Assembly (NCBI GenBank): GCA_048128005.1
Contig: JBEUKZ010000060.1
Location: 496,001-560,000, forward strand
Direction: 5' to 3'
Origin: Veleropilina oligotropha
Taxonomy: Eukaryota
Length of the DNA stretch: 64,000 bases
Below, one piece after another: positions 13,898-26,900 of the stretch (position 1 is its first letter; the number at the start of each line of letters is the position of its first letter). The translations under genes and the position numbers were made by a program. The notes under the pieces were generated by a model. It did not search any database, was not told the DNA's origin, and saw only the letters and a list, made by a program, of their open reading frames with translations.

Positions 13898-14719
13898 ATT
13901 TAAATTATAATTGAACTATAGCGACCCTTAATTTGCAGTTGTGAATGTCGTAAATTGCACAGCAGAATCATATATGCTGGTTTGAGGTCACTAAGGGCCG
14001 TGATTAAATGTTCTATACAGCAATGTATCGATCGCAGAAACTGTTTGCCGTGACGTGGCGAGAACATAGATCGATTCAGTGGCGATTGAAAGCTGGTTTC
14101 TTTTGCTTGTCATAAACGGACATTATCGGTTCCGAGGGCACTGAAACATGCAGGATTTAATTAAGCTGCCTGAAAATTGTTTATTTGGTTAATTTATTTA
14201 ATAAATATCTATAGTCAAACATAAAAGCAATTCAGTGAAATAAAATAATGACAAATAATGCCTTTTTGATGTTTCTCAACAATTTAGACATCTTCAATAC
14301 ATTTCTGATTTCACCAACTTCTACCATGTGAATTGATATAAAGGGAAAGTTTACGAAAACAACATGTACACAATGTTATCAATAATTATGTGATTATTAA
14401 ATGACATTAACATAATCTAAGATAAATTGGGCCCCGATGAAGGAAAATTGTTGACGCTTTATATCCCACCGAGGACGAAGAGGCATGAGTAATATAAATG
14501 GTAAAGAATAACATTACCGTAACCAAATCTGATTTTCTTTCTGATTTGGCGACTGGGAGGTTAAACCCTGAACAAGGCATACACATCAAGGAAGACTCGC
14601 CTGACACATCAAGGAAGACTCACCTGACAGCTCTATTTGGTGGCTAATTATGGACAACTGTGAATGTTGAATGAACAAAGGATTTGAACCCATTCCTGTC
14701 AAACAGAGCAGTCCGGTGT

Positions 14720-17700
14720 GTATTGGACGTCGCTCTCTTATTGGGGGTCGCTCTCTTATTGGGTGTTGCTCTCTTATTGGGCGTCGCTCTCTTAATGGGG
14801 GTCGCTCTCTTAATGGGGGTCGCTCTCTTAATGGGAGACGCTCTCTTATTGGGAGCAAATATGCGTTTGCTAAATGGTAAAGAATAAAAATACCGTAACC
14901 AAATCTGATTTGGCGACTGGGAGCTTAAACCCTGAACAAGGAATACACATCAAGGAAGACTCACTAATTATGGACAATTGTGACTGTTGAATGAGCAAAG
15001 TGTCCACCCACGGATTTGAACCCATTCCTGTCAAACAGAGCAGTCCGGTGTGTATTGGGCGTCGCTCTATTATTGAGCAGTCAGGTGTGTATTGGGCGTC
15101 GCTCTCTTATTGGGGGTCGCTCTCTTATTGGGCGTCGCTCTCTTATTGGGAGTCGCTCTCTTATTGGGAGTCGCTCTCTTATTGGAGGTTGCTCTCTTAT
15201 TGGGGGTCGCTCTCTTATTGGGGTCGCTCTCTTATTGGGAGTCGCTCTCTTATTGGGAGTCGCGCTCTTATTGGGGGTCGCTCTCTTATTGGGGGTCGCT
15301 CTCTTATTGGGCATCACTCTCTTATTGGGGGTCACTCTCTTATTGGGCGTCGCTCTCTTATTGGGAGTCGTTCTCTTATTAGGGGTTGTTCTTTTATTGG
15401 GCTTCGCTCTCTTATTGGGGTCGCTCTCTTATTGGGGGTCGCTCTCTTATTGGAGGTCGCTCTCTTATTGGGCGTCACTCTCTTATTGGGGGTCGCTTTC
15501 TTATTGGGGGCCGCTCTCTTATTGGGGTCGCTCTCTTATTGGGCGTCGCTCTCTTATTGGAGGTCGCTCTCTTATTGGGCGTCACTCTCTTATTGGGGGT
15601 CGCTCTCTTATTGGGGGTCGCTCTCTTATTGGGGTCGCTCTCTTATTGGGGTCGCTCTCTTATTGGGCATCGCTCTCTTATTGGGCGTCGCTCTCTTATT
15701 GGGAAACGCCTTCTTATTGGGGGTTGCTCTCTTATTGGGCGTCGCCCTCTTATTGGGGGTCGCTCTTATTGGGGGTCGCTCTCTTATTGGGAGTCGCTCT
15801 CTTATTGGGAGTCGCTCTCTTATTGGGCGTCGCTCTCTTATTGGGGGTCGCTCTCTTATTGGGGGTCGCTCTCTTATTGGGCGTCGCTCTCTTATTGGGA
15901 GTCGCTCTCTTATTGGGAGTCGCTCTCTTATTGGGGGTCGCTCTCTTATTGGGCGTCGCTCTCTTATTGGGGTCACTCTCTTATTGGGGTCGCTCTCTTA
16001 TTGGGAGTCGCTCTCTTATTGGGGGTCGCTCTCTTATTGGGCGTCGCTCTCTTATTGGGGGTCGCTCTCTTATTGGGGGTCGCTCTCTTATTGGAGGTCG
16101 CTCTCTTATTGGGCATCACTCTCTTATTGGGGGTCGCTTTCTTATTGGGGGCCGCTCTCTTATTGGGGTCGCTCTCTTATTGGGCGTCGCTCTCTTATTT
16201 GAGGTCGCTCTCTTATTGGGTGTCACTCTCTTATTGGGGGTCGCTCTCTTATTGGGGGTCGCTCTCTTATTGGGGTCGCTCTCTTATTGGGGTCGCTCTC
16301 TTATTGGGCATCGCTCTCTTATTGGGCGTCGCTCTCTTATTGGGAAACGCCTTCTCATTGGGGGTTGCTCTCTTATTGGGCGTCGCCCTCTTATTGGGGG
16401 TCGCTCTTATTGGGGGTCGCTCTCTTATTGGGAGTCGCTCTCTTATTGGGAGTCGCTCTCTTATTGGGCGTCGCTCTCTTATTGGGGGTCGCTCTCTTAT
16501 TGGGCGTCGCTCTCTTATTGGGAGTCGCTCTCTTATTGGGGGTCGCTCTCTTATTGGGGTCACTCTCTTATTGGGCATCGCTCTCTTATTGGGGGTCGAT
16601 CTCTAATTAGGGTCGCTCTCTTATTGGGGTCACTCTCTTATTGGGGTCGCTCTCTTATTGGGGGTCGCTCTCTTATTGGGCGTTGCTCTCTTATTGGGAG
16701 TCGCTCTCTTATTGGGGGTCGTTCTCTTCATGGGAGTCGCTAAATTATTGGGGGTCGCTCTCTTATTGGGGGTCACTCTCCTATTGGGGTCACTCTCTTA
16801 TTGGGTGTCGCTCTCTTATTGGGGTCGTTATATTATTGGGGGTCACTCTCTTATTGGGTGTCACTCTCTTATTGGGGGTCGCTAAATTATTGGGGGTCGC
16901 TCTCTTATTGGGGGTCGTTATATTATTGGGGTCGCCCTCTTATTGGGTGTCGCTCTCTTATTGGGAGTCTCTCTCTTATTGTGGGTTGCTCTCTCATTGG
17001 GGGTCGCTCTCTTTTAATGGGAGTCACTCTCTTATTGGGAGACGCTCTCCTATTGGGAGACGCTCTCTTATTGGGAGACGCTCTCTTATTGGGAGACGCT
17101 CTCTTATTGGGAGACGCTCTCTTATTGGGGGTTGCTCTCCTATTGGGAGACGCTCTCCTATTGGGAGTCGCTCTCCTATTGGGAGTCGCTCTCCTATTGG
17201 GAGACGCTCTCCTATTGGGAGACGCTCTCTTATTGGGGGTCGCTCTCTTATTGGGAGACGCTCTCTTATTGGGGGTCGCTCTCTTATTGGGAGTCGCTCT
17301 CCTATTGGGAGACGCTCTCCTATTGGGAGTCGCTCTCCTATTGGGAGTCGCTCTCTTATTGGGAGTCGCTCTCCTATTGGGAGACGCTCTCTTATTGGGA
17401 GTCGCTCTCCTATTGGGAGTCGCTCACCTATTGGGAGTCGCTCTCTTATTGGGAGTCGCTCTCCTATTGGGAGACGCTCTCCTATTGGGAGTCGCTCTCC
17501 TATTGGGAGTCGCTCTCTTATTGGGAGTCGCTCTCCTATTGGGAGATGCTCTCCTATTGGGAGACGCTCTCCTATTGGGGGTTGCTCTCTTATTGGGAGA
17601 CGCTCTCTTATTGGGAGACGCTCTTCTATTGGGAGACGCTCTCTTATTGGGGGTCGCTCTCTTATTGGGAGTCGCTCTCTTATTGGGAGTCGCTCTCCTA

Positions 17701-20700
17701 TTGGGAGACGCTCTCCTATTGGGAGTCGCTCTCCTATTGGGGGTTGCTCTCTTATTGGGGGTCGCTCTCCTATTGGGAGACGCTCTCTTATTGGGGGTCG
17801 CTCTCTTATTGGGAGACGCTCTATTATTGGGAGACGCTCTCTTATTGGGGGTCGCTCTCTTATTGGGGGTCGCTCTCTTATTGGGAGTCGCTCTCCTATT
17901 GGGAGACGCTCTCCTATTGGGAGACGCTCTCTTATTGGGGGTCGCTCTCTTATTGGGGGTTGCTCTCTTATTGGGAGTCGCTCTCCTATTGGGAGACACT
18001 CTCCTATTGGGAGTCGCTCTCCTATTGGGGGTTGCTCTCTTATTGGGAGACGCTCTCTTATTGGGAGACGCTCTCCTATTGGGAGATGCTCTCCTATTGG
18101 GAGACGCTCTCCTATTGGGAGTCGCTCTCCTATTGGGAGTCGCTCTCTTATTGGGGGTTGCTCTCCTATTGGGAGTTGCTCTCCTATTGGGAGACGCTCT
18201 CCTATTGGGAGTCGCTCTCTTATTGGGAGACGCTCTCCTATTGGGAGTCGCTCTCTTATTGGGAGATGCTCTCCTATTGGGAGTCGCTCTCTTATTGGGA
18301 GACGCTCTCCTATTGCGGGTTGCTCTCCTATTGGGAGTTGCTCTCCTATTGGGAGACGCTCTCCTATTGGGAGTCGCTCTCCTATTGGGAGACGCTCTCC
18401 TATTGGGGGTTGCTCTCTTATTGGGAGACGCTCTCTTATTGGGAGACGCTCTCCTATTGGGAGTCGCTCTCCTATTGGGAGTCGCTCTCCTATTGGGAGT
18501 CGCTCTCCTATTGGGAGACGCTCTCCTATTGGGAGTCGCTCTCTTATTGGGGGTCGCTCTCCTATTGGGAGACGCTCTCTTATTGGGGGTTGCTCTCTTA
18601 TTGGGAGACGCTCTCCTATTGGGAGTCGCTCTCCTATTGGGAGACGCTCTCCTATTGGGAGTCGCTCTCCTATTGGGAGTCGCTCTCCTATTGGGAGACG
18701 CTCTCCTATTGGGAGTCGCTCTCTTATTGGGGGTCGCTCTCCTATTGGGAGACGCTCTCTTATTGGGAGTCGCTCTCCTATTGGGAGACGCTCTCTTATT
18801 GGGGGTTGCTCTCTTATTGGGAGTCGCTCTCCTATTGGGGGTCGCTCTCCTATTGGGGGTCGCTCTCCTATTGGGGGTCGCTCTCCTATTGGGAGACGCT
18901 CTCTTATTGGGAGTCGCTCTCCTATTGGGAGACGCTCTCCTATTGGGAGTCGCTCTCTTATTGGGGGTCGCTCTCCTATTGGGAGACGCTCTCTTATTGG
19001 GGGTTGCTCTCTTATTGGGAGACGCTCTCCTATTGGGAGTCGCTCTCCTATTGGGAGACGCTCTCCTATTGGGAGTCGCTCTCCTATTGGGAGTCGCTCT
19101 CCTATTGGGAGACGCTCTCCTATTGGGAGTCGCTCTCTTATTGGGGGTCGCTCTCCTATTGGGAGACGCTCTCTTATTGGGAGTCGCTCTCCTATTGGGA
19201 GACGCTCTCTTATTGGGGGTTGCTCTCTTATTGGGAGTCGCTCTCCTATTGGGGGTCGCTCTCCTATTGGGGGTCGCTCTCCTATTGGGGGTCGCTCTCC
19301 TATTGGGAGATGCTCTCTTATTGGGGGTCGCTCTCCTATTGGGAGACGCTCTCTTATTGGGGGTTGCTCTCTTATTGGGAGTCGCTCTCCTATTGGGGGT
19401 CGATTCCTATTGGGGGTCGGTCTCCTATTGGGAGATGCTCTCTTATTGGGGGTTGCTCTCTTATTGAGAGTCGCTCTCCTATTGGGGGTCGCTCTCCTAT
19501 TGGGGGTCGCTCTCCTATTGGGAGACGCTCTCTTATTGGGGGTTGCTCTCTTATTGGGAGTCGCTCTCCTATTGGGGGTCGCTCTCTTATTGGGAGTCTC
19601 TCTCCTATTGGGGGGTCGCTCTCTTATTGGGGGTCGCTCTCTTATTGGGGGTCGCTCTCTTATTGGGGGTCGCTCGCCTATTGGGAGTCGCTCTCTTATT
19701 GGGGGTCGCTCTCCTATTGGGAGTCGCTCTCCTATTGGGAGACGCTCTCTTATTGGGAGTCGCTCTCTTATTGGGGGTCGCTCTCCTATTGGGAGACGCT
19801 CTCCTATTGAGAGTCGCTCTCTTATTGGGAGTCGCTCTCTTATTGGGAGTCGCTCTCCTATTGGGAGACGCTCTCTTATTGGGAGTCGCTCTCTTATTGG
19901 GAGTCACTCTCTTATTGGGGGTCGCTCTCCTATTGGGAGACGCTCTCTTATTGGGAGTCGCTCTCCTATTGGGAGACACTCTCTTATTGGGAGTCGCTCT
20001 CCTATTGGGAGACGCTCTCTTATTGGGGGTCGCTCTCTTATTGGGAGATGCTCTCTTATTGGGGGTCGCTAACTTATTGGGGGTCGCTCTCTTACTTGGG
20101 GTCGTTAACTTATTGGGAGTCTCTCTCCTATTGGGGGGTCACTCTCTTATTGGGGGTCACTCTCTTATTGGGAGTCGCTCTCTTATTGGGGGTCGCTCCC
20201 TTATTGGGGGTCGCTCTCTTATTGGGAGTCCCTCTCTTATTGGGCGTCGCTATCTTATTGGGCGTCGCTCTCTTATTGGGGGTCGCTCTCTTATTGGGCG
20301 TCGCTCTCTTTTTGGGGGTCGCTCTCTTATTGGGAGTCGCTCTCTTTTTGGGGGTCGCTCTCTTATTGGGGGTCGCTCTCTTTTTGGGGGTCGCTCTCTT
20401 ATTGGGAGTCGCTCTCTTATTGGGCGTCGCTCTCTTATTGGGCATCGCTCTCTTATTGGGAGTCGCTCTCTTATTGGGCGTCGCTCTCTTATTGGGCGTC
20501 GCTCTTTTATTGGGAGTCGCTCTCTTATTGGGGGTCATGCTCTTATTGGGAGTCGCTCTCTTATTGGGCGTCGCTCTCTTATTGGGCGTCGCTCTCTTAT
20601 TGGGGGTCGTGCTCTTATTGGAAGTTGCTAACTTATTGGGGGTCGCTCTCTTATTGGGGGTCGCTCTCTTATTGGGCGTCGCTCTCTTATTGGGAGTCGC

Positions 20701-20960
20701 TCTCTTATTGGGGTCGCTCTCTTATTGGGGGTCGCTCTCTTATTGGGGGTCGCTCTCTTATTGGGCGTCGCTCTCTCATTGGGAGTCGCTCTCTTATTGG
20801 GCGTCGCTCTCTTATTGGGGGTCGCTCTCTTATTGGGCGTCGCTCTCTTATTGGGCGTCGCTCACTTTTTGGGGGTCGCTCTCTTATTGGGAGTCGCTCT
20901 CTTATTGGGGCGTCGCTCTCTTATTGGGCGTCGCTCTCTTATTGGGGTCGCTCTCTTATT
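14720..20960. repeat. 18-bp satellite (consensus TTATTGGGRGTCGCTCTC): short array 14720-14856 and main array about 15051-20960
   Basis: Directly visible tandem array of more than 300 units. Confidence 0.99.
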
Positions 20961-22493
20961 CATCACATTACCTGGCGGCCGTCGCCTACTTATATTGCTT
21001 GAGAGTATTATTGATAAACTTGTGTTGATATTTAAAAATAGATCATTTATTGCTGATATCAATGCTAAAGGACAAGAAATTATAACAATTACAAGTACAT
21101 GTATACATACAAGTCTTAACAGTTGTGTAAGAAACAAGTTACATTTGGCACATATAATATTGGCAGGGCATGATGTATACCCTGAAAGTAATATATCACA
21201 TCTTGGTCAAGGAATTAAAGATTAATGTCGTTTTAAAAACCTTCATGTTCATACCAGGCTGTGTCCATATTATCGCGGGAGGAAATCATCGGCCAGTTAT
21301 GGACAACTGTGACTGTTAACTGCACAAAAAGTTACCTGCAGAGGATTTTCACCCAACCATGTTAGACAGAGCTACATGTATAGGCAAGTCCGCGCTCTTA
21401 GCCACTCGGCCACCGTTGCGGACAATTGTGGCAAAGTGAAAAGTATGTCCACTGCAAACACTGATACCTGTACTACATTTGTGTGCATAGAAATAAAATA
21501 ATGTTCGAATAATAAAGTTTTCCTAAAATATCTACAATAACACTACTTCATTCACAATGTACACATTTATGGACATTATACAGTTGATTGTGAAATGATT
21601 ATTGTACAAATGGAAATAAAACTATGCAACAAGTAACAGTCACTGTATGGTGTGGAAGTATTTACAAATGATACATTATATACATGACATAAACTCATGA
21701 TATGTACCGGTATGTCTATAACGTCTATACAAGTGATATGACAGTTTAAAAGATGGTAACATGACAAAGATGTTACTACACAGTTTAAGAAATGAATATT
21801 ATGTTATAGGTATAGGGTATATCACATGGGTTGGTTGTCTAATCGCAAATGCCTGCAGTTAAACTACAAGGCGCATAGCACAAAGTTGTTTAACTGCACA
21901 GGCTAAGAATCTCCAATTAGACAACAAAAGCCAAATGATATATGTAACTGACTTCAACCATTGCAAAAGTGTACAATAGTTTAATACACTAACCCATGGT
22001 TTAACTGACAATATGGTTAGTTAAACCATGGACCATGACAATATAATGATGTCACAACAATGGTTTAAATCACATAAAACAGCTTGAATCTTCATAATTT
22101 AACTGACATTCTGTTATTTTGTGTAAAGGTTATTAACACTCTGACAATATAAAGATGTCAAATGAAATGTATTTCATCCAGAGTTATAAAATAGGCATTC
22201 TTGATTGTTGGAAAGTTCAAAACTTTCCGATATTTACCCAATACATGGCATATGCTTTCTAATATCAATCAAAATAGGTTCTGTAAGGATATTCATCTGA
22301 TCAAGGCATATATATAGTTCGTACAGATGGTAGCTGTTCTAACACACACACTATATGACATATTATCACTCATATAAAGAGCAAGAACTCTACATGGCGC
22401 ATATCAAATATGATTTAAATTACACTTTATTTAAATATGTAACCATGCATGACAGCGCAAGGTAATATGATCATGAAACTGGAAAATATACCA

Positions 22494-23116
22494 TTTTTAT
22501 GTCTTGATCTTTTATTAGAAAAGGATAAGACATGATCAAATGGTCCGTGTGTATATACATATATATATCCCTCGATTTATTTTGAAAACTACTGGATCAA
22601 TTTGCCTCAAAATCGGCATGTGTACTCCTGTGTTTATTTGTAGGTAACTTTCGTGATCAAATTATATATGTATTAGGTACTTTATGCGTAATTGCTATAT
22701 AAGTATACAGAGATTTTGACTGAAATTCAATGACGCCGTTTTGGATAAACGTCATAACCATAGCTACGAGATTATGACGTCACATATTATCTGCAACTCT
22801 AAACATCATAAAAAACAAAAATGATATAAAGGTTTCGCCGGATACAAGAACAGTACAAATTATGAAATAAACACAGTTTAAATGTTTTCCTTGTTATTAT
22901 GGTTTTAAGTTGCAAAGATATAAACTATAACTATGCGACGGAATTTCTCCTTCTAGTGCACCTATGCATGTATTAATAGCTAACTAAGGCTAGTTTATGT
23001 GCCATAACAGCGAAAATTATGTATTAATCTGCTTCACATAAATACATTCATATTGTTCTGAAAATAACCAAAATAATGAAAAGGTCAAGACATATTCCGA
23101 AAGCGTCGTTCTCGTT
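22494..23116 (+). mobile_element. HINE/DINE-1-like non-autonomous element (sister copy at 55539-55984)
   Basis: Both copies: tttttatgtcttga..tttt...aaaagga.aagaca hairpin, TA-rich microsatellite, 3' aaaggtcaagacatatt.cgaa.gcgtcgttct.gtt. Confidence 0.7.
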
Positions 23117-23558
23117 AAAATATACCCCAAGAAATGGCTGTCATATCGTGCATTGATCTGAAACCACAGACTGATGATTGAAAGAAAAAAGAAAATATGG
23201 TACCCAATAAAAAAGACGGCTTTCATTCTTTTGATACCGTACCCAACTATATAATATATTATATACATATTCATTTAAACGAGTTGCAGTGCTGTAAAGT
23301 ATATTTTCATCTCCATGTGAAGTTTCAGCTATTAAAACCTGAATGGTTTAACCCTAATATCAACTTGAAATAAACCAACTTCACATTGAATTTTGTAATA
23401 TGTCTTTCGTTTTTATGTCTAGTTAATATTAACTATAAAATTTTGAAAAAAATAATTTATTTAAAAAACTGAAAATAAACAATGACTCCATAATGATCAA
23501 CATTGCTTAGAAACTATCATGTCCTTCGAATTATCTACAATTTAGATAAAACAACATT

Positions 23559-23953
23559 CTAAATAATTTTACCACTATGATATAAAATTCCAAAAATAAT
23601 AATAAGATAATTATAAATAGCAAAACAATGAATCCTTGGTGCTTCGCTTGTTCTTATTGGTGTGGTTGATATTTTGCTGTTCAAATTTGCTGTGGTCCCT
23701 GAAATATTGTCGTCTGTGTTGTTGGGTATCTCTGTGGCATCTTCATTTGTACTATTCATCCCTAGTAGTTCGGTAGCTGTTGTTTGTGGTGTAGTTGTCG
23801 AGGGGGGTGACAACGCGACACATGAGTTTGCTTGATGATGTATGTTTCCAGAATTTACTAACATGGTATCAATAATATGGACGATCCCATTAGTGGCCAG
23901 GATATTCATCTTGATTATTTGGGCCTCAACATTCATCCATCGAATATACGTTC
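23559..23953 (-). CDS. Fasciclin gene, distal alternative last exon
   Basis: CAG acceptor, phase 1: GTYIRWMNVEAQIIKMNILATNGIVHIIDTML, longer Ser/Thr/Asn stalk, hydrophobic tail, stop. Confidence 0.8.
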
Positions 23954-26900
23954 CTGAAACATCCAACAGATGACAAAGAAACAAAATAAAATAATGAAAA
24001 TAATGAAACTATGACTAAGCAAAAGCACTATTCTAAAATTCTAAGCACGAGCATTCCCTGAATTAAATATTGAAAGCAATGACTAATTGATATAAATCTG
24101 TGCATGCATAAAGTGTACATGCATTATTAATTATCATCTCCTCCGGAGGATATATGCATTATTTTATACAAGATAGGGTGTAACCCTGGTTCGGTCCATC
24201 TCTAGATTCGCATGCATATTATGTCGATGTAATTTCCGGTAATTTTAGGTTGTATAGCTTTTAATTTCTTCATCGTACAAACTTCAAATTAGATTCAAAA
24301 TGGTCTTTAGTTCACTGGACAATGACATGACAAAATATTATCTATGATTGACATTAAACAATATGGCTGCCAGAAGGGGATAACATTGATGAAATGGGTC
24401 CAAAATTAGAATATATAAATTAAAATTAATTAAAAATATTTGTAATGCATTTGGTAACATTGGTGCTAATGTAACAATATCATCCTTAAAAATGTAAACT
24501 CTGCTGGCGATGGTATGCAATGTCTAATTGTCATGTTCTAACTGATATGTCATGTACCGATCCCGTTTATAAGAATAACCACTATTGTTTGATATGCCAT
24601 ATAACACACAGCAAGACCATATTCGGGTCCCCGGACTCATATTGGTGCATGCATATATTATCGGGGAAAAGACAGGCCTGTCCGGTTAAGCACTGCATAC
24701 CCCGTTCAAAGTTAAATGGATCGCACACATATGCACAACATCACAGCAGACAGTGCGTCGAAATAAAATCATCATGCATACTATTCAATACGAACCGGCA
24801 ATCAAGAAATTAAAATTAAACAGAAAAATATTAAAACGCTGCTAAAACTGAAGCAAAAATTAATTTTAGATGCAACACTTGTTTCAAGCAATCGCGTTGT
24901 CACGGTAACTAGAGCGGCCTGTGTTTGTCTGACGGTGCTGATTGGCGTGGTTGTGGGTGGAACACAGGAGTCCAGAGCGTGTCGGGGACGCCTCATGTCC
25001 ATTAAAATGCGGTCAAGTATATGAATTATTCCGTTATTGGTTAAAATATTTTTCTTGATGATTTTAGCTTCAACGTTCAACCAGCGAATATAGGCCCCTG
25101 AAATATCCAACAAATGTTATGGCATAAAAAAACTTAAAATAACTGAACAACATTTCTTCATAAAAGTTGTATATAATATACTTTTACGTGTACAATTATG
25201 ACGTTATATTATCACAAATGAGCTTGCCGTTAATGTTTATTCATTTCATTGATAATCTAACACTCAATATACAGTATAAATGATTTTATACAAAGACACA
25301 TCTGATATGAAAAACAATAAAATGTAACTCACAAATGGTAATCATATATCGAAAACCGATTCACTAATCCATGTATTCACTACGTTGAAGTTACATTAAT
25401 ACAGTTTCAGTCTTGGTGCCGCATTGTACATTCATGCTAAAATTCATATTGGTTTTACCGAAACCTGTGACTGTGTTTACAATCACCGGTCAACAAAAGA
25501 GACATTCTGGAATATGTGTAACGGCTTTTGCATCATGCTGCTTCTTACCCGATGCGTTATGGATGACGGACAGGCCCTGGTCGCACAGCTCGTCCTTGTA
25601 CTGGTCCGATGGGATCTCGTCGTACAGGAGGCTTGTTCCATTGATGGTGTGACGCCAAATAATCTGAATGTAAATTAGGTTAAATATGATATTTGACATT
25701 CGGTTCATTCTACTCCGGATCCAGTTGGTACAGTTATATGCTACAGTTATAGCTATGTTCTTTCCACCAACATACACCTTGCCAGACGTGAAATAGGTCC
25801 TTTGGTCCTGGACATTTGCAGCTGAAAGTTCCATCCCATTTGTTTCATAACTTTCCGAGTGTTTTCCTCATGGGACATGTGCAATATGTAATCAACTGAT
25901 CCCTAATTGTGCCATGGTGGAGAATTCTTGAACGTTTCATCCAAATGAATGCATAATTATAATTTTGAAACCCTGTTACTACAGGAACAGGGTGAAATCA
26001 TAGCCTGTCTCCATCTAAATCGACATTGGCGGAATCATGCAGGACGTATGACGAAATGGTGTGTTTACACAAATTATTTTACATTCATTATCGAAATCTT
26101 TGATGACCATATGGATCATATAATCGGTTGATCAGAGAGCCTACAGACTGGTTTAATATTAAGGTAATGTTATATTTTTGTCCTTTTATAACGCTGAGGA
26201 ATATTTTTATCGCTTTGAATTGAAAAGGTCACATTTTGTTAACAGGGATGGGAAGCTATACATCCAGATATTGTTGGCATTTAAATTTAACCAAAAATGA
26301 TGATCATAAATTTTTCTCCAATTTCTGAGACTTGATCAAAATATCAGTACGACTTACGATGGACTTGAGGTCATCGTCCATTCCGCTGACCACGTCCAGA
26401 TACCCTTCATCGATGACGTACTGTATGGCACGATTTGACGGCGTAAACATGGTGTAGGTCGCATTAACATCAGTGATGAAGGGTAAAGCTGACGGTGGAA
26501 TAATGCTCTTAAAAATACTGAAACCAAGAACACAAAACAATGGGTAAGTCGAGCAAAATGCAGTTGATGTGGATTTCGCAACCTATGTTTCGCAGCATTT
26601 CACATGCAATCGATCACCTTAAGTAGACATGTTAACTAAATTCCCACAACAATAAGTTATAAACAAATTGTCCAGATGCACAACGATATTCTGATAAATA
26701 CAATCTTTTAATTTGCAGCAACATGAAAACGTCCAAGCTCATCGCAAACTTGACACCTTCGATCTAGTCATCTCAAGATCTGTAGAAAATTTATTTTAAA
26801 ATTGAAATAACCGACTCCACGTGTGATATCATATTGATGACCATCAGAAACCCAATTCAATAACGAGGTGACATTGTGTCTCGAAACTTTACTTATGTAA

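Noticed and set aside
14720..20960. CRISPR-like array
   Set aside because: No unique spacers, no cas genes, eukaryotic context.
14991..21225. Very long ORFs (up to 1143 aa) in several frames
   Set aside because: Artefacts of a stop-free 18-bp satellite. All three + frames are open and 17-bp units shift frame freely.
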